Origin: Lingula anatina
Lineage: Eukaryota; Animalia; Brachiopoda
DNA: 64,000 nucleotides
Direction: 5' to 3'
Assembly: GCA_051362555.1 (NCBI GenBank)
Contig: CM120644.1
Span: 6,270,954 to 6,334,953, forward strand
A program made the translations under genes and the position numbers. Below, piece after piece: positions 12,401 through 24,241 of the stretch. The first letter of the stretch is position 1, and the number at the start of each line of letters is the position of its first letter. Under the pieces are notes generated by a model, which saw only the letters and a list, made by a program, of their open reading frames with translations, searched no databases and had not been told where the DNA came from.

Positions 12401-14088
12401 AGTTACGGCAACTGATTGTTGAGTTGACGTCTGCATTTTTTGCGTGAATGGCGCACCATGCTATGATATTTTAATCTGCATTATGAAAGTACATGAATAA
12501 CAATTGTACCTTATGCATGATGTATGTTATGCATGATACCTATCGCATGTTATGAATTACAGACACATACACTGACATGTGTAGGTGTGTGTGCGCGTGC
12601 ATGTGTAAAATCACCAAGTATCAAGTATCAAACTATCACCCAACTATATAACAACAATCCTTTGAGCTAATTAATTCCAGCCCATTACCACCTCTTGTCT
12701 GTTCTTTCCAACAACAACAATAATCATTTACATCTCAAGTAACTGGACAAGTGTCAATTAACATTTACTGCGATGCTGTCACTATGGCAACACAAGTTAA
12801 CCCCTGATTAGGGACATAACTTTTCCTGGAAAACAAAGCGTTACTGCCCTTAAATGTATCAGTCAGGCTGAAAAATGGACTTTTCTCAGAGGAGATCTGT
12901 AGTCAAGACCACTCTACGTTTCTGATGGCGATGGCACAATTTGATCAGAGCGCCTGTATTTCAGGTGGAACTTGGAATTTATTTCTACTCCCATTCTGAC
13001 TTTTCAAATGACAAACAATAAAACATTCTCCACAACACTTCTCAAAAATACAGCCTATTTCCTTTTGGGGGAAAAAAAACTCACTCTTATGATTCTATGT
13101 CAACTATGTACAGTGTGTGTGTGTGTGTGTGTGTGCGTGTGTGTGTGTGTGCTTTAAAAGAATTATATTACTTGTCATCAGGATTTGCCCCAACATCACA
13201 GCTAATTTACACTTCCCTTCTATACAGTGTTAGACAGGTGAGACCACTTCATCGGCCATTCTATTTCTTTTCACAGTAAATCTGTTGAAGATCCTACTCA
13301 AGTGTTTCCTCTCTGATCCCATGTCATTATCAGTTAAATTCCATTTAAATAAATACATGATTTAATCTCTGTGTTGTTGTTGTAACAGATTTCTTTATGT
13401 TGACAAGAAAGCTGAACTGTATCAGATGCACCTGTTTGCTCAATAAACCAGGCATTTCAATAAGAAGTCAGTGCGAGATTCAAGACTGACAGTCTCCCAT
13501 TGCAGAACTTTTTGAGTGTCTCAACCCTGCCCCTGCGCCCTGGTAACCCCCTCCCTGCTGACCTTGAGCGTAAAAAACTTTCCGATTAAGTTCAATTTTT
13601 GATAACAACCCCATCAACTCAGCAATCTGAAATCTTACCTGGTGGCAAGAGTGTGAAATTCATACTAACTTAGAGTAATAGTTGCCCCCCTGCTTATCTT
13701 TCAAAAGCTGCCTTTGGTTGATAAAATATCCATAGTAATAAGGCATGTTTTTAAATTACAGATCCTAACAAAAATATTCAGAAAACATTGTTTTAGGAAA
13801 CCTAGTTCATCGAATTTGTTCAAAATAAGCAAGTTTACCAACACATGCCAAATTCATCCTGATTTGACCATGTGGTGAGATACGACACACTGTATCAAGT
13901 GTTCTGAGGCTTTCTTATCTTATTTCAATGACAGTAATAAGCACTACAATTGTGGGTAACATGAGTGAGAGTACCCTGCAGAAACCATAATTATCACCTC
14001 CACGTTGACACAAGCTTTTCAAAATTCAATAAAGATTCTCTTCAGTCCTTTGATATCAGACTAGTTCATGTGCAGTTAAGCACAACTT

Positions 14089-14119
<31 letters not shown>

Positions 14120-15851
14120 CATATTCAGAGCTAATCTAACATTGTGTATTCACTGTACAAAGATGGGAATGGAGGGTTTGTGTGGGGTAGGCCCTAAGGG
14201 GTGGGCAGACTTTCTCAATTGACTTTCATATCTTGAACAGAACAACAGGAAAAAAACATCCTTCCAAATGACCCAGCATTTAATGGACAGCACTTCCTGT
14301 CACAAAATCTGAAACCAAAATCTTCAGCCAACACAAAGCAATGAAACAAGAAGACTGTAGCTCTCCCACAGAAATGAACAGAGCCATTCTGGTTGATGAA
14401 CAATTTATTTATGTGGTAATGAAGATAGAAGAAAAAATGCAGAACAATCAATATAATCCCACCTTTGCCAAAGAAAATAAGACATTCCCATAGCTACAAC
14501 CAAAATCAACAAAGAAAAAAAATTCTATCAGGAAAGCAAACATTTTAAATAATTCTGTTGTTGCTGTAAACAATGCTTTGCCAAAGATACATAGAACAAT
14601 GCAGAATTATAAGATCCCACCGCTGCCACCAACATGAAGAGAGCCATTTTATTTAGTTTGCCAACATCTGAAATAACCGACCATAAAAGATGTATAACAA
14701 TGGATTGAATAAAAAAAAAAACATAATAATGTGATCCCCTCTGCTGCCACCGCTACGTACAAACCATCCTACCTCATTAGCCAACATTTCATGAAACTCT
14801 TTTTTAGCTGTAAATAATCTCTCCTGGTCTACGCTATCCACAACGTAGATGACGACCTGTAACATAACAAGACAAGACACACAGAGGGTTAGTACTGCGT
14901 AAATTATATACATTAGTCGCCTGATGGTCCATTTTTTTCTCAAGGGACATTTTACATTCCATTGTCTTTGAGTTCAGTGCTCTACTGTTTTTCTTTTTTT
15001 AAATATTTATTGAGAAAATTTAACACCACTAGGTGCTTGATAAAAAAATAAAAATCTCGCAAATAAAGTAAATGCACTTTTATAAAGCAAAACCACAGAG
15101 TTTCACAAACATATGACAAATACTGAATGTGATTTTTCAGACCAGGAGATTTCTAATTCCAAACAAAACTTCTAATTATTTTTGCTAATTAACTGTTAAT
15201 TTTTACAGTAAAAATTTTTAATTTGGATTCTAGTGTGGATCTTGGGTTCCAGAGCACTGAACATGAAGAAGATGGAATGCAAAACAAAAAACAAAAAAAC
15301 ATGTCCTTGAAAATCATGAACCATCCTGGCATTTTAATCTGATTCTTACCTCATGTGCTAACATTTTGTGTAGTTCTTCTTTTGTGATTGTTAACCTTTC
15401 TCTGTCTGTACTATCAACAACTAGGATAATAAACTGAAAAATAACAATGTCATATAAATACGAAGCATCCAATTGAATTTTACATATCAATTTATTATCA
15501 AATACAAAACATCGGACAGGGTGATCAAACATCTTGTGTGAGAGGACATATTGGCTACTGCCAGAATCGAATATTCCAGGAAATCTGGCAGATAAGGTTG
15601 TGAAATCCGATTGTGTTTTATAAGCCTTATCAGGCTAACAGCTGCCAGAACTGTAAGTGCCAATATTTACTTCATAACCTGATTTTTTAGATTTGATCTC
15701 ATCCAGGGCACTCACCCTGAGAATCCGAGTACCAGAGGTGACTAGCACTATCTATACAGCTTGCACTCTTCTATACTATTTATTTAATGGGGAAAGGGAA
15801 AGAAGGCCCAGAATTATGGTGAGTTTTGTGTAGAATAAAAAACCATGTACT

Positions 15852-15894
<43 letters not shown>

Positions 15895-17698
15895 TGTGTG
15901 TGTGTATACGTGTGTGGGGGGGGGGTGGGGAGAGGCAGTACTCAGTACTCTCTTCATTAAAAACTATTTCATCATGAGGAAACAATTTTTCTACTGACGT
16001 CCAAACTTTCTACATTAATTACATTCATCTATCATCTTAATAATCTAATGTATGTGAGGCAAAATGGAAACACTGCTTCTCACTTATGTAGTGGAAAACA
16101 GAAATGTTCAAAACTCAGGTCGTGGGGACTACTGTGTCTGTGCATTACAATAAGTTGGCCAACATGAACAACATTTGTATACTTGCATTTCTATCACGGA
16201 TTATCCTCATCTGACTTTTCCAATATTAAAGCTAAGTCTTGATCCAACAACGTAATTCCATATAAGCAATCCAGAACACGCTAATTTCCATGAATTATTA
16301 AACCTTGGAACATGTGGGAGTTCATGTACATGAGATATTTTTTTATTACAACTCTGAGGCCAATTTCGCCATGACCAACATAACAAAAATGACCTTTAGC
16401 ATATAATAGTATACAGTTCTTTACAAAAATGGCCACATATAACCACATATAAAGATGAAACGCCTGTAATATTTACCTGTAAAATTGAATTATTCTTTCC
16501 CTGAAAACTCACCTCAGCATTAGTGTAATAAGTGTTCCATGATGATCTAAGGGACTCCTGACCCCCAATGTCCCACATTAGAAAATGTATATTTTTCCAC
16601 ACCACTTCCTCCACATTGCTGCCTATCGTGGGAGATGTGTGGACTACTTCATTCATTAAACTGGAAAAATATATATATAACAATCTCATAAAAAGTAATT
16701 CCATAAAATACAGTTTCCTTTTTTTTTTCTAAATTTCTGCATAGTTTTGCATGTGTTATAAATCTGAACTTCCATAATTATTATGATAATTACATAACTT
16801 CTGTCATGAGACTTACTTTATTTTCAAATTCTTATATTATAGTTTTTCTTGTATTACACACAAAATCATTCCTACGGAAATTAAAATAATATTCTGCTCA
16901 GATTCAATGTATAATTGCCATATCATTGGCTTCATACAGTTATATTCATAAATGCTCAGCACATTTCTTCTCCATAGTTTTTCTGCTTTGCATTTAAGTA
17001 ACTTTTGTTCTTTACACTGAAGTTGAAGAGCACCAGTTCTAGATTATACCTAGTATATACTGAAACTTTAAAAAGATGATCACTCTCTGACAATCATGAT
17101 TTATAAATAATAGTTTAGCTTACAAAATGACAAAGGACATTTCGTGACTGAGCCACACGGATTACAAGAAAATGTCATTTTATCCAAATGACAAATATGA
17201 GGGTGGCTACATCAGCAATTCTAATATATGTAAAAAGATAAGTAATAATTCATGTCATCCTGCGTCACTGCATATCTTTCATAAGTAATTAAACAAACAC
17301 AAATGACCTGTATTCATGTATTCAACATAAAGTGGTGACATTATAAGAAGTGAAATGTGACTTATTCAATATCAGACCACAAAAATGTCATTTCATACAA
17401 AATTACTCAAATATTTCAGGTCCATTTATAATTTCATACCATAATCATATCATAATCACACATAACCACATCAATAATAGTTGCAGTTATACACAAAGAG
17501 TTGAGAAGGGGGGGGGGGGGGGGGGCGCTAACTGTTTAGAACAATGTTAAGCCTGATGTTCTTTTGTGAAGCAAGTCTTTGGGTGCTCAGAGAAGCCAGT
17601 GGGCTGAAATGTTTATGGTTCAGACTACTAGTATATGTAAAGTATTAACAATACCACACAAGGCAAAATTTTCCTTCTGGAGGTTGAAGGGGAAGTGT

Positions 17699-17729
<31 letters not shown>

Positions 17730-20548
17730 TTAGAGAAAATAAATACTTACAACTGATAGAGTATTGTTGTCTTTCCAGCATTATCTAAGCCTACAATGAT
17801 CACTTTGTGTTCTGAAATAGAAAACAGATAAAAATATATATATTTAAAATATCATATATATCCAAATACTAGTAATCATTATTTCTGTAGCTTATGACTT
17901 TATCATAAGACAAATCTCTTTTGACCCTAATTCAAATACACTTAATCAATTAGTCAATTTCAGTTAATTGATTAAAGAACTAATCAGATAATTTTGGACA
18001 GGAGAGAATATAAATCTCTCAAAAAACTTTTTTTAATCTGTATCTATTCTAGTTGAAAAATATTCTCTGAGCTCATGTTTTCAGAGAGTATCTAACAACA
18101 TGAGAAGACACTGACAGTGGCATCATGAATAAAAGAACCATTACTAGTAAATAAATAATACTGATTGGAATTTTATAATATAATCCATAAAAAAAAAGAT
18201 CTTGGTCTGTCACATTGCTGTCCAAAACAATAAACTGTCCCAGTAAGGCTAGAATTTATACAACACAGCCAAGACCAAGTAGGGGGGTGGGGGGAGAATG
18301 AAGGGTGGAGGGAGGAGAGGGGGAGGGGACACAAAAGGCAAACAGTCCAGTGACCTTACTTGACAAACCGTATGTTATCTTACAAGTAGGTCATGCACCC
18401 CACAGGGTTATTCACTCTTGTACATCATACATTCATCACGTCAGTACATGATATCTATGGACCACTTAGCTCCTGTGTAGTCCCTGTATAATATCATTTT
18501 GTTCACACATAACTGAATTGGTATCTGTGGACCAGTTATCTCCAATCTGGTTCCTGCTTACTGTCATTTCGTTAACACGTCAGTGAATTGGCGTCATTGT
18601 TAGTGTGAAATCAGTTCTACCCCTCCCATTACTAGAGATATGTCATCACATACCACTCAGGGTGAAAATCAGCATATGTATTTCTTTTCTTTTTTCTTTA
18701 TTGGCAAACATCAGCAAAATCTTAAGCAATGGGAAATATCATTCCAGCATTTTAAATTTGGTTCAAATATGCCCAAGAGACCTAACATAAAAGAGTGAAA
18801 ATTGAGATATTTTTATGCTGCTGTCAGTTTCCTTCTTTTAATTTGATAACCTTACATTATTCAATATTTAATAAACACATCTTAAACTGACCTAACAAAT
18901 CAACTGATCCTTTATGAGCATTTGTGATTCCTCATGTATGTAAAACTTAAATACTTTATAGTCTGTAATGTCTAATTTTTACAATAATATATCAAAAACA
19001 AATTTAAAGAAATAATAATTCAATTATACTCATAGCCAAAACAAAAAACATTGTACTTCCAATAAAGTATAGAAATAAATAAGTAAAATATCATTCACTT
19101 GAAAATAGGACTTATTATGGAGAGAAGAACTAAACTATTCAGCCATTATGTGTGTGCTTTATGCCTTCTCAATTTTTAGGTGCTACTGCTTATCAATTAG
19201 GATTTAATTAAGTCTGTAATTACTGCACAGCAGTTCATGAGGCAAACTTAATCAAGAATCAATTCTTTTCTTAACTGGCTTGTAATTACAAATGCCACCA
19301 TTTCACTTCCTTCATTACTATGCTGATTTTCAGTGCTGTTATGCGAAAATGTATAATTGTCAGAATTGATTTTGAGTTATCTGGTACATGATTAAACTAA
19401 TGACTTTTGATTTTTTCAGCATTTCAAATGTCTGTATAGTTATATGAGCTAATTTTTTCTTCAGTGTTTCCTTACTGAATTACCTCAACATCAATCAATT
19501 CCTTGAGATTTGAAATGTTAGGTATTTAACGCATTTTTCCCTTCACTCACATTTATGTATTGATTTTCGAAAACTTAACAACTACAAAAATAAATAAATA
19601 AATCCAAATGCTGTAACAGCAGGTGGCATTGAGATCTAATTACTTGGAACATTTAATAAAGCTGATTATCTGGTTACCATGGCAAGCTGCAGTAATACTG
19701 CTAATAGTAGTGATAAGTTTATTATTGCCTAGTATAGTACTTAAAACCCCTGGGAGTTTCCATGTTATACTGCTGATCACTGCTTGGTATTTGTAAGTCA
19801 GTCAATGTGGCGATTAGAATACTAGGCTCACAAAACTTTAACCATGCTTTAACAAAACTGTGATTAATATTTAACTATTATCTGACTCTGTGTCATGTTT
19901 CACTGAATGACACAATTCAGAACAAAGGCAGAGAAAAGAAGACAAAAGACCCACATATATCCAAATGCTTTGTTCAGTGAAAAAAAAAAAAAAAAAAAAA
20001 AAACATCAAAGTGCACACTGGGAAAATCTACATAATAAAGATCACATTTCAAATTAAAGCAACTCCCAATAAGACATGTACTCTGGTTTTCTACTCTTTT
20101 CTAGCTTAAAACAGTTTCAGACCCTTCAAAATGCAGTCACACCATGTACCAGTAATCCTTCATAAGTGTAAGGGTAGGGAATTTAAATGCCTGCATTAGG
20201 AAAATATAAGAGTTTAACAAATTGAGAACTGTGCCTGGCAAACAATGCTGAAGCAAAGGTCCACATTTTCTGACTGCACTACACTTTGTTTCCAATAATT
20301 TTCACATGGCGCATGAGAATAAAAACAGGTAGTTTACAGGACTTAAATTGGTGACAGGCATTATTTTTTTTCTCTTTTTTGGCAGGGCTCCTCAGGTGCT
20401 AATAAATTCCAACCAGGAAAACAAATAGCTTTACTTAAACTAGGAGACAAAACACTGCATCCTGTGAATTTTTCAACTGAAACATTTTGCTTGGCAAAAG
20501 CTGGGCTGCTTTGAAAGGCCCATAAGAGAACTACAGCCCCCCCCCCCC

Positions 20549-20580
<32 letters not shown>

Positions 20581-23500
20581 CTTATTGCCAATTTGTGATT
20601 TGAAGTGGACAATTACTGACTTAGATCGGAAGATTAAATCAGTTCAAATTCATCATTTTGCTGCCAACTGCAATACATTTATAAGGCTTGAACATTGTCA
20701 GTACATGCATGCCCTGTTGTCAGCCCAGAGCCAGAACTACAACATCACCCATGTCTTTATAAACCATTCTGAAAACAGATTTAGATACAGCTGTTAAACC
20801 AATCCACCACAGGAAACTAAAGCACAAAGCTGTTATTTTTATACTGAATCCATGGAGAAAATGGCCATAATAAAATGCAACCTACATTCTCTTAGCTCCT
20901 GTAACATACATATGTAAGACATTACACTGGGTATACGTAGTGGCTGATGTTATAAATCCCCAGTACCAATCTCATGAACCATATCAAAGTTCCCAAATAT
21001 GCTTGAAGAAAGAACAGCCAAATTAGTGAATTAATAAACAAATTTGATATGGCTAATTAATCATTGGTTTGGCGAAGAATTCATTGTTTGGCTGAAGTAG
21101 AAAATGGCACACACGCACCGTTCTTCTATCAAACGGGCCCAATATTTGTTTAAAAGCAGTCTACTCTTGATTTAACTAAACTCAAAGTAGAAACAATTTC
21201 AACTAAGGGACTTAAGTTTAGACCATCTTTTTACACTACTAGTACAGTAAGTTCTTTTATGGGGTCAGGCCCAGGGCAAATGCAATAATTATCATTCAAG
21301 TTGTTAATGAACTGACAGTGAATGCCTTCACTCAGCTGCATGCTCCATTCTATGTGAAGCATTATAGTTTAGCACCTGACAATGTCCTGAGGCTTACCTG
21401 TAGAAGAGATGTAAATTACAACCCCTGTGTCACAACCCTACTTCAGTCTACAGCTGATCACATCTTTAAGACTGAAAATCATTATATAAAGTACTGTACT
21501 AGTAATCTAACTCCGTGTAAGCCTGTAGTGGACTTATATATAGTAACTATTAATCCCACACATTTAAGACTATTAAAGCTTATTTCGAAGTAATGTGTTT
21601 CTATAAAGAGAGAGACCGGTCTGAAAATAACTGCCAATTTTCACTAAATTCTCTCTCTCTCCGCTCTATAATCCTCATCTTTTTGTGTCCTTAATGACCC
21701 GTCTCTGAAGCAGCTGTTCCATTCAAATGTGGCCCTGGTTTCTGTGCTCAAGGCTTTCTGAGACGCGTTCACTCCAGAATCAACATTGACCTTAGACCAG
21801 AACTTGACTTACTGATGTCATCATGATGATAATATACTTCACTGAACAAAGGGAACAGTGTTTGAAAACCCATTTTACTTTTTTCTCCTGGGCTGGTGAT
21901 TCAGAACAAAATCATAATGACGTGTATTCTCCTTCCAAATGGTGTACGTACTAGTAAGTTGCCCGTGTTATAATAGACTTGTGTGCATTTCATGCTCTTC
22001 TTCATAAACAGAATACAACTGTCCCACCTTGATAATTACACTCTTTTATACTCCATACAGCTGACTACTAGTATACAAGTATACTGTAGCAGCACTAGAT
22101 TTGAAATTTAAAAATTTATAATAAATACTATCAAATACTATATAGTACTAGTACATACTGATGTATATTAATACTAATTTTGGTGAGATGGTTTTCATGT
22201 ATCAATAGTACAGTGCAAAACTGTTTATTGATTTCACCTTCACATGTGAGGTACAATCACAAATTTCTTGATTGAAGTATTGATTTAGAAAAATCCATAC
22301 TAGTACTAGTAGCAGTACACTGAAAGTCTGAAATTAAGTGTTAGTATTTCTCTGAAACAATAGCAATGTCTTTCTTGTCATTAAACAATGTGCAAATCAA
22401 TTTCATTAAAGTCAATTGGACTACCAACAAAATATCTCAGGTTAAAGAAGACTAAAATTTAGGTCTTTAAGACTAGTCCGAGGGTCAAATATAGTGACCC
22501 ATTACTAAGGTACTTTAAGTTAAAATCAATTTTTAGGCTTTAAAAAAAATCGGGCTTAAGATCCCTACCAGTAAATGAAAATGGTTGCTGGTGAAATGAA
22601 TGTATACTAGTATACATGTATTTGTTAAGCATTCCACGTTTAGCTTTAGTCATGATATGAACACTTCCTTTACTACAAAGATCTTGACTGAGATTTCACA
22701 GGTAAAAGTCCCTACTGCCTCTCACCTGGTGACAAAGGTGAGTGAACAAAGAACAGCAACAGATGGCAGGTGACAGTGAGTGCAGTGAATGTCTGGAGGG
22801 GACAAACCTCTCAGCAGCCTAATGTTTCACTTTCTTATCTTACCTCTGCCAATAAAAAGAGGTGATGATTGTAGGGATGTGTGTCTGTAATGCTAGCATG
22901 TAGCTCAAGAAATTATGGGCAAACTCTACAAATTCTCAAGACAGACTATTTGAAACAGTTATAATTATGTGACTATTATTATGAAAAATTATGTAAAAAA
23001 GTTTAATGAAAATCAAAATATCGAAGACTCAGGCTTAATTACTGCCTGGAGTAAAGACTTTTTTTAATAGACATGAAAAATTTAACAGTCCAATTGCTTA
23101 CTTTCTGGCAAAAGTAAAGAAATGATTTTCATTGCAACAGTCTTGAATGTTACCTCAGAAAACCTCCTGAAGTGAAAACAGCAGCTTATGGAGAGCTAGT
23201 GAAGCACACCACATTTTGCATCATGACACATCTCAAAATACTTGAATTCAAGCTAAATTACACTCATGAATCAACAACCCATGCCATGACTTTTGAAAAA
23301 TATAATAACCTTAAGAAATAGAAATAATTCTCCACAAAAATGTTACCTTTTGCTAGTCATGGTTCACAGAAAAAAATTATGATAATCAGAGAGAAGTGAT
23401 TGAAAAGGCCTGTGCAGAAACACAACAGATTCTAAAATTAAAACTACCTCAAAAATGACTGTCAAAATACTGCCACTGAGACAGTGAATTTATAGCCTAA

Positions 23501-24197
23501 GGAGGATTAGACTCTAAGCAAAATGTCTGGCAAATGATTCATCTTAACAAAACTTGTCTCAAAGTAAAACAGGTTTTACGTCTAAAGCTGTTATTTCAGC
23601 TGTTAGTTTGAATATATCTCATGATCTGCTTATTATTTTTTAATCACTGCTATCAAATAATTGCTAATTGAATATATAGTATATCACCCCCTCCTCCCCT
23701 GAAGTTTCTCACTTTCTGATTATTCCAAACAAACCTAGCAACTTTCTGAGAGCTCTTTAATATAATGCCATATGTACAAAAATGAGGACATTTGCCAAAA
23801 GGTGGAAGAATCTCATCCTTGTAACCCTATCTTATTTGTTGCCAGGTTTGTTATAAACCCAAAACTAGCTCAGTCAAATATATATATATATATATATGAG
23901 AATAGCACCCAAACTGCTAAGACAAGTTAAACAAATATTGATAAGAAGTCTAGACTAACAGAAAACAGGAAGGAAATGGTTAAGAGGCACTGGTTCTTGT
24001 TTAACTGAAGAACTTTTAACCTCATATTGGTCTTGATTTTAAGACCTCAAATTACAGACTTCTTATGTACTGTAAGAGCTTGAAGGGTCTCTGGTAGGGA
24101 AAAACTGACTCAAGACAGTGTTGTACAAATGATGCCTATACTAGTAGTTACTAGTACTTTAACACTGCTAATATTCAGAATCATAAGTATGTGGGCA

Positions 24198-24241
<44 letters not shown>

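Larger units (their letters stand above)
8939..12460. mobile_element. Non-autonomous long-TIR DNA transposon with two tandem mini-copies and nested insertions
   Basis: Perfect 80-bp inverted match 9671-9750 / 12306-12385; termini catggtgcgccattcacgcaaaaaa / ttttttgcgtgaatggcgcaccatg; 20-bp subterminal repeats; mini-units 8939-9198 and 9204-9410; no transposase ORF. Confidence 0.85.

Noticed and set aside
14215-14451. Minus-strand ORF containing QDMK as a possible extra ARL5 exon 5
   Set aside because: Only a 4-residue resemblance, with no collinear match or correctly placed splice sites
12778-19686. RFX X-box-like motifs (gtcactatggcaac at 12778, gttaccatggcaag at ~19673)
   Set aside because: Isolated intronic motif matches far from a TSS; cannot be distinguished from chance
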